Source of the DNA: Terasakiella sp.
GTDB lineage: Bacteria; Pseudomonadota; Alphaproteobacteria; Rhodospirillales; Terasakiellaceae
Direction of reading: 5' to 3'
Length of the DNA: 40,000 bases
NCBI RefSeq assembly: GCF_048571175.1
Contig: NZ_CP182348.1
Location: 649,517 to 689,516 of the forward strand
The notes under the pieces were generated by a model. The model saw nothing but the letters and a program-made list of their open reading frames with translations. It was not told the origin of the DNA and did no database searches. Every line of letters begins with the position of its first letter. Position 1 is the stretch's first letter. Below are positions 1 to 8,608 of the stretch, in pieces. The position numbers were made by a program, and so were the translations under genes.

Positions 1-1
1 G

Positions 2-202
2 GTGAGTGAAACGGCTTGGTACTTGGCGGCCAACCCGAACCAGATCGACACCATCGAATATGCCTATCTGGAGGGCCAGCAAGGAGCCTATATCGAAACC
101 CGAAACGGCTTCGATGTGGATGGCGTTGAGATCAAGTGCCGATTGGATTTTGGGGCCAAAGCCATTGATTGGCGTGGACTGTTTAAGAACCCCGGCGCGT
201 AA
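2..202 (+). CDS. Major capsid protein, C-terminal fragment (ORF runs off the left edge)
   Basis: Open frame from the window edge. Its position is immediately upstream of the decoration-like and connector genes. The C-terminal sequence AWYLAANPNQIDTIEYAYLEGQQGAYIE...VEIKCRLDFGAKAIDWRG resembles Mu gpT/HK97-fold capsid C-termini as I recall them. Confidence 0.5.
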   Translation: MSETAWYLAANPNQIDTIEYAYLEGQQGAYIETRNGFDVDGVEIKCRLDFGAKAIDWRGLFKNPGA

Positions 203-226
203 CACGGGCTTTTCATAATCATTTCT

Positions 227-264
227 GACGAGACGGGCGGCCAATAGGTCGCCCTTCGTCTTTT
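227..264 (+). terminator. Candidate leaky intrinsic terminator after the capsid gene
   Basis: Imperfect hairpin: gacgagacgggcg (227-239) pairs with cgcccttcgtc (250-260), with a 2-nt bulge. It is followed by tttt (261-264). Confidence 0.4.
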
Positions 265-281
265 GGAAAAGGAAACCTTCC

Positions 282-617
282 ATGAAAAACTACATTCAAC
301 CCGGCCATACCCTCGCGCTTGCGGTTCCCTACGATGTTGCTTCCGGCGGGGGCTTCCTGCTTGGCGGTATTTTCGGTGTTTCCAACATTAGTGCCGTTGC
401 TGGCGAAGAGGTCGAGGCAAGCCTTGTTGGCGTCTTTGAATTGACCAAAGCTGCGTCTCAAACCTGGAGTGCTGGTGACAAGGTTTATTGGGATGACACC
501 AACAAGGTCGTGACCAAAACGGCGACAGGTAACACCCTTATTGGTGTGGCCGTTGAAGCCGTTGGTGGCACGGCCAGTGAGACCATTGGGCGTGTTCGCT
601 TGAACGGCAGTTTCTGA
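282..617 (+). CDS. Head decoration / DUF2190-like small capsid-associated protein
   Basis: 111-aa Gly/Val/Ala-rich beta-type protein directly after the capsid gene, with an RBS-like ggaaaaggaaacc upstream. Its pattern (GDKVYWDD...IGVAVEA) is typical of DUF2190-type proteins. Confidence 0.55.
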   Translation: MKNYIQPGHTLALAVPYDVASGGGFLLGGIFGVSNISAVAGEEVEASLVGVFELTKAASQTWSAGDKVYWDDTNKVVTKTATGNTLIGVAVEAVGGTASETIGRVRLNGSF

Positions 618-931
618 TGACTGCTGTGGGCATGGCGATGGATGTGCTGTTTGCCGATCCGAATATCGCATCTGACGGTCTCTACATTCCGTCCGGTGAG
701 GATGCCGTGCCTGTACGTCTCATCGCTCGACGGCCAGATGAAATTATTGGTTTTGGTGAAACCCGGGTTCTTTCAGAGACAACTCTGTTTGATGTCAGGG
801 TTTCTGAAGTGCCTGAGCCAAGACCTGGCGACCGAGTGACTTTCAATGAAAAGAGCTATGTCGTGCAGGGGGAACCTGAACGCAAAGACCTTGATCGATT
901 GGTTTGGACATTGGACGTGAGACCCATATGA
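617..931 (+). CDS. Head-tail joining/adaptor protein
   Basis: 104 aa. TGATG start/stop overlap with the previous gene. Position and size match head-tail joining proteins. No diagnostic motif was seen. Confidence 0.45.
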   Translation: MTAVGMAMDVLFADPNIASDGLYIPSGEDAVPVRLIARRPDEIIGFGETRVLSETTLFDVRVSEVPEPRPGDRVTFNEKSYVVQGEPERKDLDRLVWTLDVRPI

Positions 932-1578
932 AGCTTGCGACCTCCATTGCCGGTTCCATGAAAGCCGATCTCAAAGCTGAATTACGCCAAATTGAGAAAG
1001 CGGTTACTAGTGGGATCAAAGATGCCGGTGACGGGCTCAAGGGCAGTCTTCGGCGTCAGGTGATTTCTGCTGGACTGGGAACACGGTTGGCCCGCACCTG
1101 GCGAAACCGGGCATATCCCAATAAGGGCTATGATGCAGCGAGCCTTGTCTGGTCAAAAGCACCTCAGATTGTCCGTACCTTTGATCGGGGAACGGTCATC
1201 AAAAGCAAGTCTGGCTTTTGGTTGGCCATTCCAACGGCTGCGGCTCCGAAGCGAGGTTTTGGGGGAAAACGGATAACACCCTCCAATTTTCCTGAGCATC
1301 GCTTTGGGCCTCTGAGGTTTGTCTATCGGCGTGGACAGCCTTCCTTGTTGGTCGTCGATGGCGTTCGTGTGAGCGGCAAGACCGGTCGTGTTGGACGTCG
1401 TGCCAAAGGTGGCTCGTTCACCAAAACAGGTCGCATCAAATCGGGGATCACCACGGTGGTGATGTTTGTGATGGTGCCGCAGGTGAAAATGCCCAAGCGC
1501 CTGGATGTGCGCCGCGCGGCGGAAACCTGGTCTCACCGAACACCGAACCTAATTAATCGTCATATGCCATCGGAGTAG
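928..1578 (+). CDS. Phage neck/connector-associated protein (function tentative)
   Basis: ATG at 928 forms an ATGA overlap with the upstream stop (929-931). The track ORF starts at 904, but 928 is the coupled start. The protein is basic and sits between the adaptor and tail genes. Confidence 0.4.
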   Translation: MKLATSIAGSMKADLKAELRQIEKAVTSGIKDAGDGLKGSLRRQVISAGLGTRLARTWRNRAYPNKGYDAASLVWSKAPQIVRTFDRGTVIKSKSGFWLAIPTAAAPKRGFGGKRITPSNFPEHRFGPLRFVYRRGQPSLLVVDGVRVSGKTGRVGRRAKGGSFTKTGRIKSGITTVVMFVMVPQVKMPKRLDVRRAAETWSHRTPNLINRHMPSE

Positions 1579-1581
1579 ACC

Positions 1582-2016
1582 GTGCCTTCAAAAACCGAGC
1601 AGATATTGATCGCTTTGCTGTCGGCCCTAAGGACCATTCCTGATGTCACTGTCGAACGCAATTCAGCAGTGCCTGAGAAAATCCCGTCTGCTGGACTAAT
1701 CATCTTTCGCGATGGCATCGCCGATGAGCCGGAACAGGCTTTAGGTGGGTTTGGCGGAATTTATTGTCGCCAGGATACAGAGATTGAGATCTATGTCGAA
1801 AACGGTGATGCCGCTGCCCGCGACGCAGCCTTCGACACCCTTCTGCAGAAAATCGGCACCGTTCTTGATGCTGACCCTACGCTGGGTGGTTTGGCTTTCG
1901 GCCTGACTTACAGCCGCCCAGAAATCGACAGCGAGGCGGTGATCGGTGGTCCGGCCATCAAGGCTGGCACTTTGATTGTCGCTGTTGAGTTTGAAGCCGA
2001 CACCGCTCTCGGCTGA
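1582..2016 (+). CDS. Tail completion/terminator-like protein (DUF3168-like, tentative)
   Basis: 144 aa, GTG start 4 nt after the previous stop with ggag upstream. It sits immediately before the tail tube gene. Confidence 0.4.
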   Translation: MPSKTEQILIALLSALRTIPDVTVERNSAVPEKIPSAGLIIFRDGIADEPEQALGGFGGIYCRQDTEIEIYVENGDAAARDAAFDTLLQKIGTVLDADPTLGGLAFGLTYSRPEIDSEAVIGGPAIKAGTLIVAVEFEADTALG

Positions 2017-2042
2017 TCTTTTTACATTCTAGGAGAATACCG

Positions 2043-2993
2043 ATGGCCCGAGCCTATGGTTCGAGCGCCACGCTGCTGCTCAAGCGGGAAACCGCCTATG
2101 GGCAAGCAGCCAGTGGCGACTATATCCGCATGCCCTTTAACCGCTGCACCTTAGGCTCCGAACAAGGGCTCATTGATGACCCTGTTCTGGGACAAGGCCG
2201 CGATCCGTTGGCTCCCTTGCAAGATGTCATCAATGATGAGGGCGAAGTGGTGGTGCCCATGGACCCACGCTATCTCGGGATCTGGCTCACTGGCTTGTTT
2301 GGTGATCCGGTCACCACCGATAATGGCGATGGCACCTTTGACCATGTGTTTGCTTCTGGGAATGACTCCTTGCCCAGTTACACGGTTGAGGTCGGCATGC
2401 CTCAGGTTCCGGCTTTCTTCCAACATACTGGCGTTGTGCTGGGATCCATTGCGCTCGAGTTTCAGAGATCGGGTGCGGCTGCGGCAACGCTTGGCGTTAT
2501 CGCGCAAGGCGAGGTCCGTAACGATACGTCTCAAGGGGGAACACCGACTTCAATTGCCTTCACACGGATCAGCCAGTTTCAGGGCTCTATTACCCGGGGC
2601 GGAAATCCGATCGGCAACCTGACAGGTGGCTCGCTCAATTACTCTAACAACCTCGAGAAGATCGAAACCATCCGATCAGACGGCAAGATCGATGGGGCCG
2701 ATCCCACGGTGGCGGCGTTGACGGGTCGCATTGATGTTCGGTTTTCGGACACCACCCTGATTGATCTGGCGGCAAATGGAACGCCGGTGGACCTGACCTT
2801 CGGCTACACCGTCGGCAACGCCAGCGTCATGTTTGCCGCTCATGAAGTCTATCTGCCCAAACCCAAACTGGCCGTTGATGGTCCTGGCGGTGTGCAGGCG
2901 AGCTTCGATTTCCAAGGCGCTCTGAATGAAACAGCCGGACGCATGCTGGATGTCACCCTCACAAACGATCTGAATGGGAACGAGTACGCATGA
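2043..2993 (+). CDS. Major tail tube protein
   Basis: 316 aa with a strong RBS (aggagaa). It directly precedes the chaperone pair and the tape measure. The N-terminus YGSSATLLLKRETAYGQ...MPFNRCTLGSEQGL is of tail-tube type as I recall it. Confidence 0.6.
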   Translation: MARAYGSSATLLLKRETAYGQAASGDYIRMPFNRCTLGSEQGLIDDPVLGQGRDPLAPLQDVINDEGEVVVPMDPRYLGIWLTGLFGDPVTTDNGDGTFDHVFASGNDSLPSYTVEVGMPQVPAFFQHTGVVLGSIALEFQRSGAAAATLGVIAQGEVRNDTSQGGTPTSIAFTRISQFQGSITRGGNPIGNLTGGSLNYSNNLEKIETIRSDGKIDGADPTVAALTGRIDVRFSDTTLIDLAANGTPVDLTFGYTVGNASVMFAAHEVYLPKPKLAVDGPGGVQASFDFQGALNETAGRMLDVTLTNDLNGNEYA

Positions 2994-3502
2994 TCTCCTT
3001 AAAACAACCCAGTGAGCCGTTCGATATTGAGCTTCCTTATGGTGTCACGGTCACCGTCAAACCGCTGACCACCGCAGGAATGGCAGCGGCTCAGGCTTCT
3101 GCTCGTCGGCGGGTCGAAGGTTTGGAAGTTCAGAGCAAGGAATTGTTGGAAGCGGGGTTAGCTACCGAGGGCTTACCGGATTTTTCAGTTGATGCCGAGC
3201 GAGACGGTTTGTTCCAGGATCTGTTGATCAAAGAATTAGCGGTTCGCCATATCACGACTTGGTCTGGCATCGAAGATGACCCAGACGTGACGCCGGAAAA
3301 CGTCGCGGCCCTGATGTCTCTCTATCCCGTTGGTGAGCGGTTCTTTCAGGAATTTACCCTGAAACAGGTGCTGCTCACCGCTGCAAAAAACGCATCAGGG
3401 CTCTCTGCCGCTGGCACTTCCAGCCAGGCGGAGGGCCCCAATATTGCGAAGCGTGCGAAACGGACTGCGGACAAGCCTGTCCAAGACGCCGATACGCCCT
3501 GA
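2990..3502 (+). CDS. Tail assembly chaperone (lambda gpG-like)
   Basis: 170-aa acidic protein with an ATGA overlap to the tube gene. It lies directly upstream of the tape measure. Confidence 0.6.
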   Translation: MISLKQPSEPFDIELPYGVTVTVKPLTTAGMAAAQASARRRVEGLEVQSKELLEAGLATEGLPDFSVDAERDGLFQDLLIKELAVRHITTWSGIEDDPDVTPENVAALMSLYPVGERFFQEFTLKQVLLTAAKNASGLSAAGTSSQAEGPNIAKRAKRTADKPVQDADTP

Positions 3503-3714
3503 TCACGGATGAAGAACATGAAGCCTGGGACGTGCTCCAGGCCTGCCTCGGGCAGATGCGCGTGACCACGTCCGGGCATGTGCTCGGCATTGATCTGGGC
3601 GTGGCGCTTCAAATCGCCAAAGCCCGTGGGGCAGACCTTTCGGTCACCTCTGAATTGTTACAAGCGGCAGAGGCCGGTTTGGTCGAAGCTTTGAACACAC
3701 GAGAAGAAACCTGA
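2990..3714 (+). CDS. Tail assembly chaperone frameshift product (gpGT-like), -1 shift at about 3385-3391
   Basis: See the slippery site above. The -1 frame tail (...ITDEEHEAWDVLQACLGQMRV...) ends 1 nt into the tape-measure ATG. Alternative reading: an independent 60-aa ORF from GTG 3532, which has only a weak RBS. Confidence 0.4.
3385..3391 (+). promoter_or_regulatory. Candidate -1 programmed frameshift heptamer A_AAA_AAC
   Basis: In the zero frame of the chaperone the codons are gcA AAA AAC (3383-3391), which matches X_XXY_YYZ. The -1 frame is closed by tga at 3334-3336, then stays open from 3337 to the stop at 3712-3714. Confidence 0.45.
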
Positions 3715-6245
3715 TGGCCAAAGCCAAACATACATACGCGGTTCGCTTAGCGGTCGAGGGTGGGAATAAGGTCAAGGCCGAGCTCGTCAATGTTGGTGAG
3801 AGCGGGGAGAGATCCCTCAAAAAGATCGAACGGGCCGGTGGCAAAGCCTCGCTCGGCCTGTCTTCCCTTGGCGAACGTGCTCGAATGCTCACCACAGGGA
3901 TGCGGGCTCTCGGTGGCGCTTTGGTTGGCGCTGCTGCCGTGGGTGGTCTTGCGACACTGATTGATCGTTCTATCTCAGCCGCTGATGCCATCGGAAAAAC
4001 GGCGGATAAGCTCGGCGTTGGTATTGAGGCGCTGCAAGAACTGCGTTTTGCGGCTCAGTTGGCGGGCGTCCAGCAACAAACCCTCGATATGGGGTTGCAA
4101 CGTTTTACCCGGCGTGTGGCCGAAGCAGCCAAGGGAACTGGTGAAGCCAAACAGGCATTGACCGATATGGGCATCGCCCTTCGTGATCAACACGGCAACA
4201 TCCGACGTTCAGAAGATTTGCTGAATGATGTGGCTGAGGCTTTCAAGCGCACAGAAGACCCTGCCGAGCGCCTGCGTCTCGCCTTCAAATTGTTCGATAG
4301 CGAAGGTGTGGCGATGGTGAATATGCTGGTCGGTGGTGCAGATGCGCTGGAAGCGACCCGCCGACATGCCCGTGATCTTGGGATCGTGTTGGAAGAAGAC
4401 ATGGTCCGTAATGCCGAAAAGGCTCGCGACCAGTTAGACACTTTAGGCAAGGTGGTTTCTGCCAACCTGACCCGAGCGATGTTGGATTTGGCTCCGGCCA
4501 TTGCCGATGTCTCATCGGGCCTTGCTGATCTGGCGGCTGATGCGGCCACCGCCTACGAGCAGATCAAGCTGGCCTTGTCCGGTGATTTTAATTTCGAGGG
4601 CCTGTCGGAACGCTCGACGCGGCGTATTGTCGAAGAACGCCGCCAAGAGCTTCAAGAGATCGCTCGAGAGCTCAATGAAATCGGTGATGTCGGCTTTCTG
4701 GATGATCCCATTGCCTGGGGGCGCAAGGTAGCACTGGAACGCCGCCTTCAGGAACGGGTCGAACAATACCGCCAGTGGTCAACCAAACTTGCACTCATGC
4801 AAAGGGAGGATGGCGATAATGCGTCAGAACCTGATAGCACCACCACACCTGATGCCATTGAGGCTGATATCCGATCGGCTCAAGACCGGTCTCGACGCAT
4901 TGCGCAAATTGAAACTGATCTTCAACGCCAGCTTTTTGAGGCTACCCATCAGGGGGCCGATCGCATTCGGGCGGAATATGAACGCCTCGTCTCTGAGATG
5001 CAGGGCTTGATCGAACCAGACGGCGGCAATCTTGACCAGATCGGCGAGATGATGGCCCGCGCGGCGGCTGTTCGTGATGCCAAACTATTTCGTCTGGCTG
5101 AACAGGAAGCTGAAGCCGCCCGCAGAAAGCAGGCTGCCAATACCCGGATCATTGAAGGCCTGAGGGCCGAACGTGATGAATTGGCACAGACCGATCGCCA
5201 GCGGTTTATTTCTCAGGCGCTTCGGCGATTGTCTGCCGAGGCGACGGATGCGGAACGCACTCAGGTTCGAGACCTGGCCGGAGCTCTCTTTGATGAGAAA
5301 CAGGCCATTGAAGCAAGAACAAAGGCTGAAGAAGACGCAGCCCGCATCCGAGAACAGGGTAAGGCTCTGACAGAAGAGCTTCGAACGGCTGAGGAAGCCT
5401 ATGCCGCCGAGTTGCGAAAACTAAATGAGCTATTGGCTGCAGGGGCCATTGATCAGGAAACTTTCGCTCGGGCCTCCGAGCGGGCCTATGACCGGATGCT
5501 CCGAGCAAGTCAGGACTGGTCTGCTGGCGTTGTCCGAGCTTTGCGAGACTATGCCAGGGAATCATCTGATGCTGCCCAACAATTTGAGCAGGCAACCTCC
5601 CGGGCCTTGAAAGCCAGTGAGGATGCGTTTGTTCAATGGGCGACTACCGGCAAGGTGAGTGCCTCTGATCTGTTTAACTCCATCGCGGAAGAGGCCTTGC
5701 GAGCAGCCTACCGCATGGCGGTCATCAAGCCCTTTGGGGCCTTGTTTGAGGGCATCTTTGGCTCGATCGCGGGAAGCCTGTTCGGCGGATCTTCCGGTAT
5801 GGTCGGAGATTTCCCTGCACCGGGACCTGTGCAAGTGGCTCATGTTGGTGGCGTCATTGGATCTGATCCTTTGCCTAGCCGACCAATACATCCGACGGTC
5901 TTTGACAATGCGCCTCGCTTCCATGGTGGCGGTGTTGTCGGCAATGAAGTGCCGATCATCGCACAGCGTGGCGAGACGGTTTTTACGCCGGGGCAGATGC
6001 GAGCTCTTGGTTCTGAACTGGGCCAAAAGCCGGAAGTGAAGGTCAATGTCCATGTCGATAACCGGGCTCCGGGCACGGAAGCCAGGGCCCAGTGGCGATC
6101 GGATGGCGGCGGTGGTCTTCGGCTCGACATCATCGTGGAACAAATCGAGGGTCAGATTGCCCGCAACATCGGTCGTGGTGAAGGTTTGGCTCCGACCATG
6201 GAGCGACGATACGGGCTCAATCCGGCAGCAGGGGCATATCGATAA
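3714..6245 (+). CDS. Tail tape measure protein
   Basis: 843 aa, long Ala/Glu/Arg-rich predicted coiled coil, with a Gly-rich hydrophobic segment (IFGSIAGSLFGGSSG). It follows the chaperone pair. Confidence 0.9.
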   Translation: MAKAKHTYAVRLAVEGGNKVKAELVNVGESGERSLKKIERAGGKASLGLSSLGERARMLTTGMRALGGALVGAAAVGGLATLIDRSISAADAIGKTADKLGVGIEALQELRFAAQLAGVQQQTLDMGLQRFTRRVAEAAKGTGEAKQALTDMGIALRDQHGNIRRSEDLLNDVAEAFKRTEDPAERLRLAFKLFDSEGVAMVNMLVGGADALEATRRHARDLGIVLEEDMVRNAEKARDQLDTLGKVVSANLTRAMLDLAPAIADVSSGLADLAADAATAYEQIKLALSGDFNFEGLSERSTRRIVEERRQELQEIARELNEIGDVGFLDDPIAWGRKVALERRLQERVEQYRQWSTKLALMQREDGDNASEPDSTTTPDAIEADIRSAQDRSRRIAQIETDLQRQLFEATHQGADRIRAEYERLVSEMQGLIEPDGGNLDQIGEMMARAAAVRDAKLFRLAEQEAEAARRKQAANTRIIEGLRAERDELAQTDRQRFISQALRRLSAEATDAERTQVRDLAGALFDEKQAIEARTKAEEDAARIREQGKALTEELRTAEEAYAAELRKLNELLAAGAIDQETFARASERAYDRMLRASQDWSAGVVRALRDYARESSDAAQQFEQATSRALKASEDAFVQWATTGKVSASDLFNSIAEEALRAAYRMAVIKPFGALFEGIFGSIAGSLFGGSSGMVGDFPAPGPVQVAHVGGVIGSDPLPSRPIHPTVFDNAPRFHGGGVVGNEVPIIAQRGETVFTPGQMRALGSELGQKPEVKVNVHVDNRAPGTEARAQWRSDGGGGLRLDIIVEQIEGQIARNIGRGEGLAPTMERRYGLNPAAGAYR

Positions 6246-6262
6246 TCGGAAGGGTCTGAGAC

Positions 6263-6742
6263 ATGAGTATCACCTGGCCCAAGACCCTGCCGCTGCCAAC
6301 GGTTGATGGGTATGGCGTTCATCCCGGCGAAGCGATCCTTCGTACCGAGATGGAGGCTGGTCCCGCTCGTCAACGTCGACGCTTTACGCAGGTGCCGAGC
6401 CGCATTTCTGTGCGTTGGCTGTTTCGCCGCGAGCAATTCGCTCTTTTTGAAGCCTGGTATCGATGGCATGCCAAGGAAGGCGGGGAGTGGTTCGAGATTG
6501 ATCTTATGGGTGGGCTGGGCCTTGTCGGTCATGAAGCGCGCTTTACGCGCCAGTTTGAAGCCCGTTTGAAAAACGGGGTTCTCTGGGAAGTCACGTCTGA
6601 TCTGGAGATCCGGGAGCGGCCCACATTGGATGGGGATGCACTCGACATCTTCCTCGAGAACGATCCGACCATGTTGCTAGCGACTATTGCTGATTTAAAC
6701 ACACTTGTTCACCAAAAACTGCCGGGTCCAATGGCCTGGTAA
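6263..6742 (+). CDS. Hypothetical tail protein (occupies the minor-tail-protein-M position)
   Basis: 159 aa with an RBS (ggaaggg), directly after the tape measure. No motif recognised. Confidence 0.35.
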   Translation: MSITWPKTLPLPTVDGYGVHPGEAILRTEMEAGPARQRRRFTQVPSRISVRWLFRREQFALFEAWYRWHAKEGGEWFEIDLMGGLGLVGHEARFTRQFEARLKNGVLWEVTSDLEIRERPTLDGDALDIFLENDPTMLLATIADLNTLVHQKLPGPMAW

Positions 6743-6754
6743 GGGAACTCTTTT

Positions 6755-7615
6755 ATGTCTTTGCAAACTGATCTTGCGGCTGCCGTTGCACAAACAACGG
6801 CGGACGGACAACTACTACATCAAATCGTCCATGGGGATGACCAATCCGTCGTTCAAACGGAAGGCGGGAGTGTTAAAACCGTGGCCAAGGCCATGGCTGA
6901 CGTGGATGCCCAATTGCAGGGTAGCCTCACGGCGCTAGACGAGATGGTGGCTTCGGCAACCGACAGCGAAGCGCAGGCCGCCACCAGCGCGGCCAATGCT
7001 CTCTCCCATGAGCAAAGTGTCTCTAACAGTGCTGTGGCGGCAGCGACCTCGGAAACCAATGCCGAGGTCAGTGCCCAGTCAGCGGCGGACAGTGCCGATG
7101 CGGCAGCGTTGAGTGCCGCAAACGCTCAAACCTCAGAAACCGGGGCCGCGTCTTCTGCAACGGCTTCTGGCCAAGCGCAGGTGGCGGCTGAACAAGCAGC
7201 GGCCAATGCCGAGGAATCGGCGCAAGCCGCAGCAACTTCTGCCGAGGCAGCAGTAATGGCGTCCAGCTCTGCCACCAACTGCCAAGGCATCGCTCAAGGA
7301 CATGCGGAAGCGGCAGCCCTTTCTGCGCAAAACGCAGCTACTTCGGAGACAAACGCGGCCATCTCAGAAACCAATGCCGCCCAGTCGGTTGGACAGGCGG
7401 AAACCTCTTCTCTCGCTGCAAGCGCGTCTGCTGATGAAGCTCAAACGGCGGAAACCAATAGCACCTTCTGGGCCGGTGAAGCGGAAAGTGCGGCTGTTGC
7501 TGCGGAAGCGGCGGCGGTCATTGTCGCCAATGCCACCGGTCTTGATCTGCAAACGCTGATCGTATCGGCCAGGCGTGGATCGGACTATCGCGCCCTTGGC
7601 ATCGAACTATTTTGA
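6755..7615 (+). CDS. Tail-fibre-like protein with an Ala/Ser/Thr low-complexity shaft
   Basis: 286 aa. Globular N-terminus (LLHQIVHGDDQSVVQTEGGSVKTVAKAM), then repeated SA..A..SETNA-type units of the kind typical of fibre shafts. Confidence 0.5.
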   Translation: MSLQTDLAAAVAQTTADGQLLHQIVHGDDQSVVQTEGGSVKTVAKAMADVDAQLQGSLTALDEMVASATDSEAQAATSAANALSHEQSVSNSAVAAATSETNAEVSAQSAADSADAAALSAANAQTSETGAASSATASGQAQVAAEQAAANAEESAQAAATSAEAAVMASSSATNCQGIAQGHAEAAALSAQNAATSETNAAISETNAAQSVGQAETSSLAASASADEAQTAETNSTFWAGEAESAAVAAEAAAVIVANATGLDLQTLIVSARRGSDYRALGIELF

Positions 7616-7626
7616 GGGAACCTGAG

Positions 7627-8025
7627 ATGACGACCCTTGCTCACTATCAAACGCTTAAAACGGCTGAAGCCAATGCGTTCTCGGCCATCAGCGCCAAGCT
7701 GGATCAATCCAATCTGCGCATGGATGACTTCGCCCTCATGGTGAAGGCCGTGGAGCTCATGGAAAACATCCAGGATCCGTTGGCCTATGAGGCCTTGAAG
7801 CAAAAGATCGCCCAGAAATCTGTCGGCTTCTATTCCCCGGATTTGAGCGGGGAAGACTTGCTCATGCTGACCCGGGCCACCCGTATTGGCGACGTGCCTT
7901 TCGGTGCTGAAGAGCGCTGGAAGCTGATGAACCGGGATACCAGCAATCTGGATCTCGCCGGTGACGTCATGGTTGGCGAGCGTTCCCTTGAAGCCTTTGG
8001 CGAAAGCGTCCTTGAAAATCTGTAA
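7627..8025 (+). CDS. Hypothetical phage protein
   Basis: ATG at 7627 is preceded by gagggaa. The track start at 7612 is a TTG inside the upstream stop region. Confidence 0.5.
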   Translation: MTTLAHYQTLKTAEANAFSAISAKLDQSNLRMDDFALMVKAVELMENIQDPLAYEALKQKIAQKSVGFYSPDLSGEDLLMLTRATRIGDVPFGAEERWKLMNRDTSNLDLAGDVMVGERSLEAFGESVLENL

Positions 8026-8039
8026 TTGGAGAAACATCC

Positions 8040-8606
8040 ATGCCCCTCACAATCCCACCCATTCCGGACACGTCGCCTTTTGCGACCTTCGATGAAGATA
8101 TCGACATCTTCAGTAATTCGAAGGCCAAGGATATTCCGGCCAAGTTGAAGGCCATCACCGAAGCGTTGAAGGCTCATATCAACACCCTCTGGCTTGCCAC
8201 CGCGACCGGATTTGTAAACGACACGGTCATTGCGGACCTGAATACGGCGCTCGCCAACATCGAGGCCTTCAACAATGCCCTGGAAACTCATATCAACGAT
8301 CAATTGGCCGAGTTTGAGGTCAATCTGGGGAACTACCTCGGCGTTGGTGCCGGGTATTCGGTTGATGCAGCCAACGCGGCCCTGTTCACCGGCACCATTG
8401 TTTCAGGCGACTTGACCTACGACACCTTGGGCCGGGTCGTGTCTATTCAGCAAGGGCCTCGTCTCGTGGACAACATCACCTACGACGATCAAAGCCGGAT
8501 GACGAGCTATGACGAGACGCTGAGCATTGGCGGCATCGACTATGCCCGCAGCTTCACTTTCACCTATGCGCCCGATGGGCAAATCGACGCCATCACGGAG
8601 GTCTGA
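8040..8606 (+). CDS. Hypothetical fibre-associated protein with YD-repeat-like C-terminus
   Basis: 188 aa with an RBS (ggaga). The C-terminal motifs TYDTLGRVVSI, TYDDQSRMTSYDE and FTYAPDGQIDAI resemble YD/RHS beta-hairpin repeats. Confidence 0.5.
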   Translation: MPLTIPPIPDTSPFATFDEDIDIFSNSKAKDIPAKLKAITEALKAHINTLWLATATGFVNDTVIADLNTALANIEAFNNALETHINDQLAEFEVNLGNYLGVGAGYSVDAANAALFTGTIVSGDLTYDTLGRVVSIQQGPRLVDNITYDDQSRMTSYDETLSIGGIDYARSFTFTYAPDGQIDAITEV

Positions 8607-8608
8607 CG

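Noticed and set aside
219-6143. Long antisense or alternative-frame ORFs inside phage genes, for example 219-671(-), 4187-4549(-), 5206-5595(-) and 5562-6143(-). Similar ORFs occur further right, at 10198-10776(-) and 13725-14060(-).
   Set aside because: They fully overlap well-supported same-locus genes, lack RBSs, and have Arg/Pro/Ser-rich compositions typical of shadow ORFs in GC-rich DNA.
6950-7480. The Ala/Ser/Thr repeats of the fibre gene as a diversity-generating retroelement target or a tandem DNA repeat.
   Set aside because: No reverse transcriptase gene and no template-repeat copy is present elsewhere in the window. The repeats are degenerate at the DNA level.
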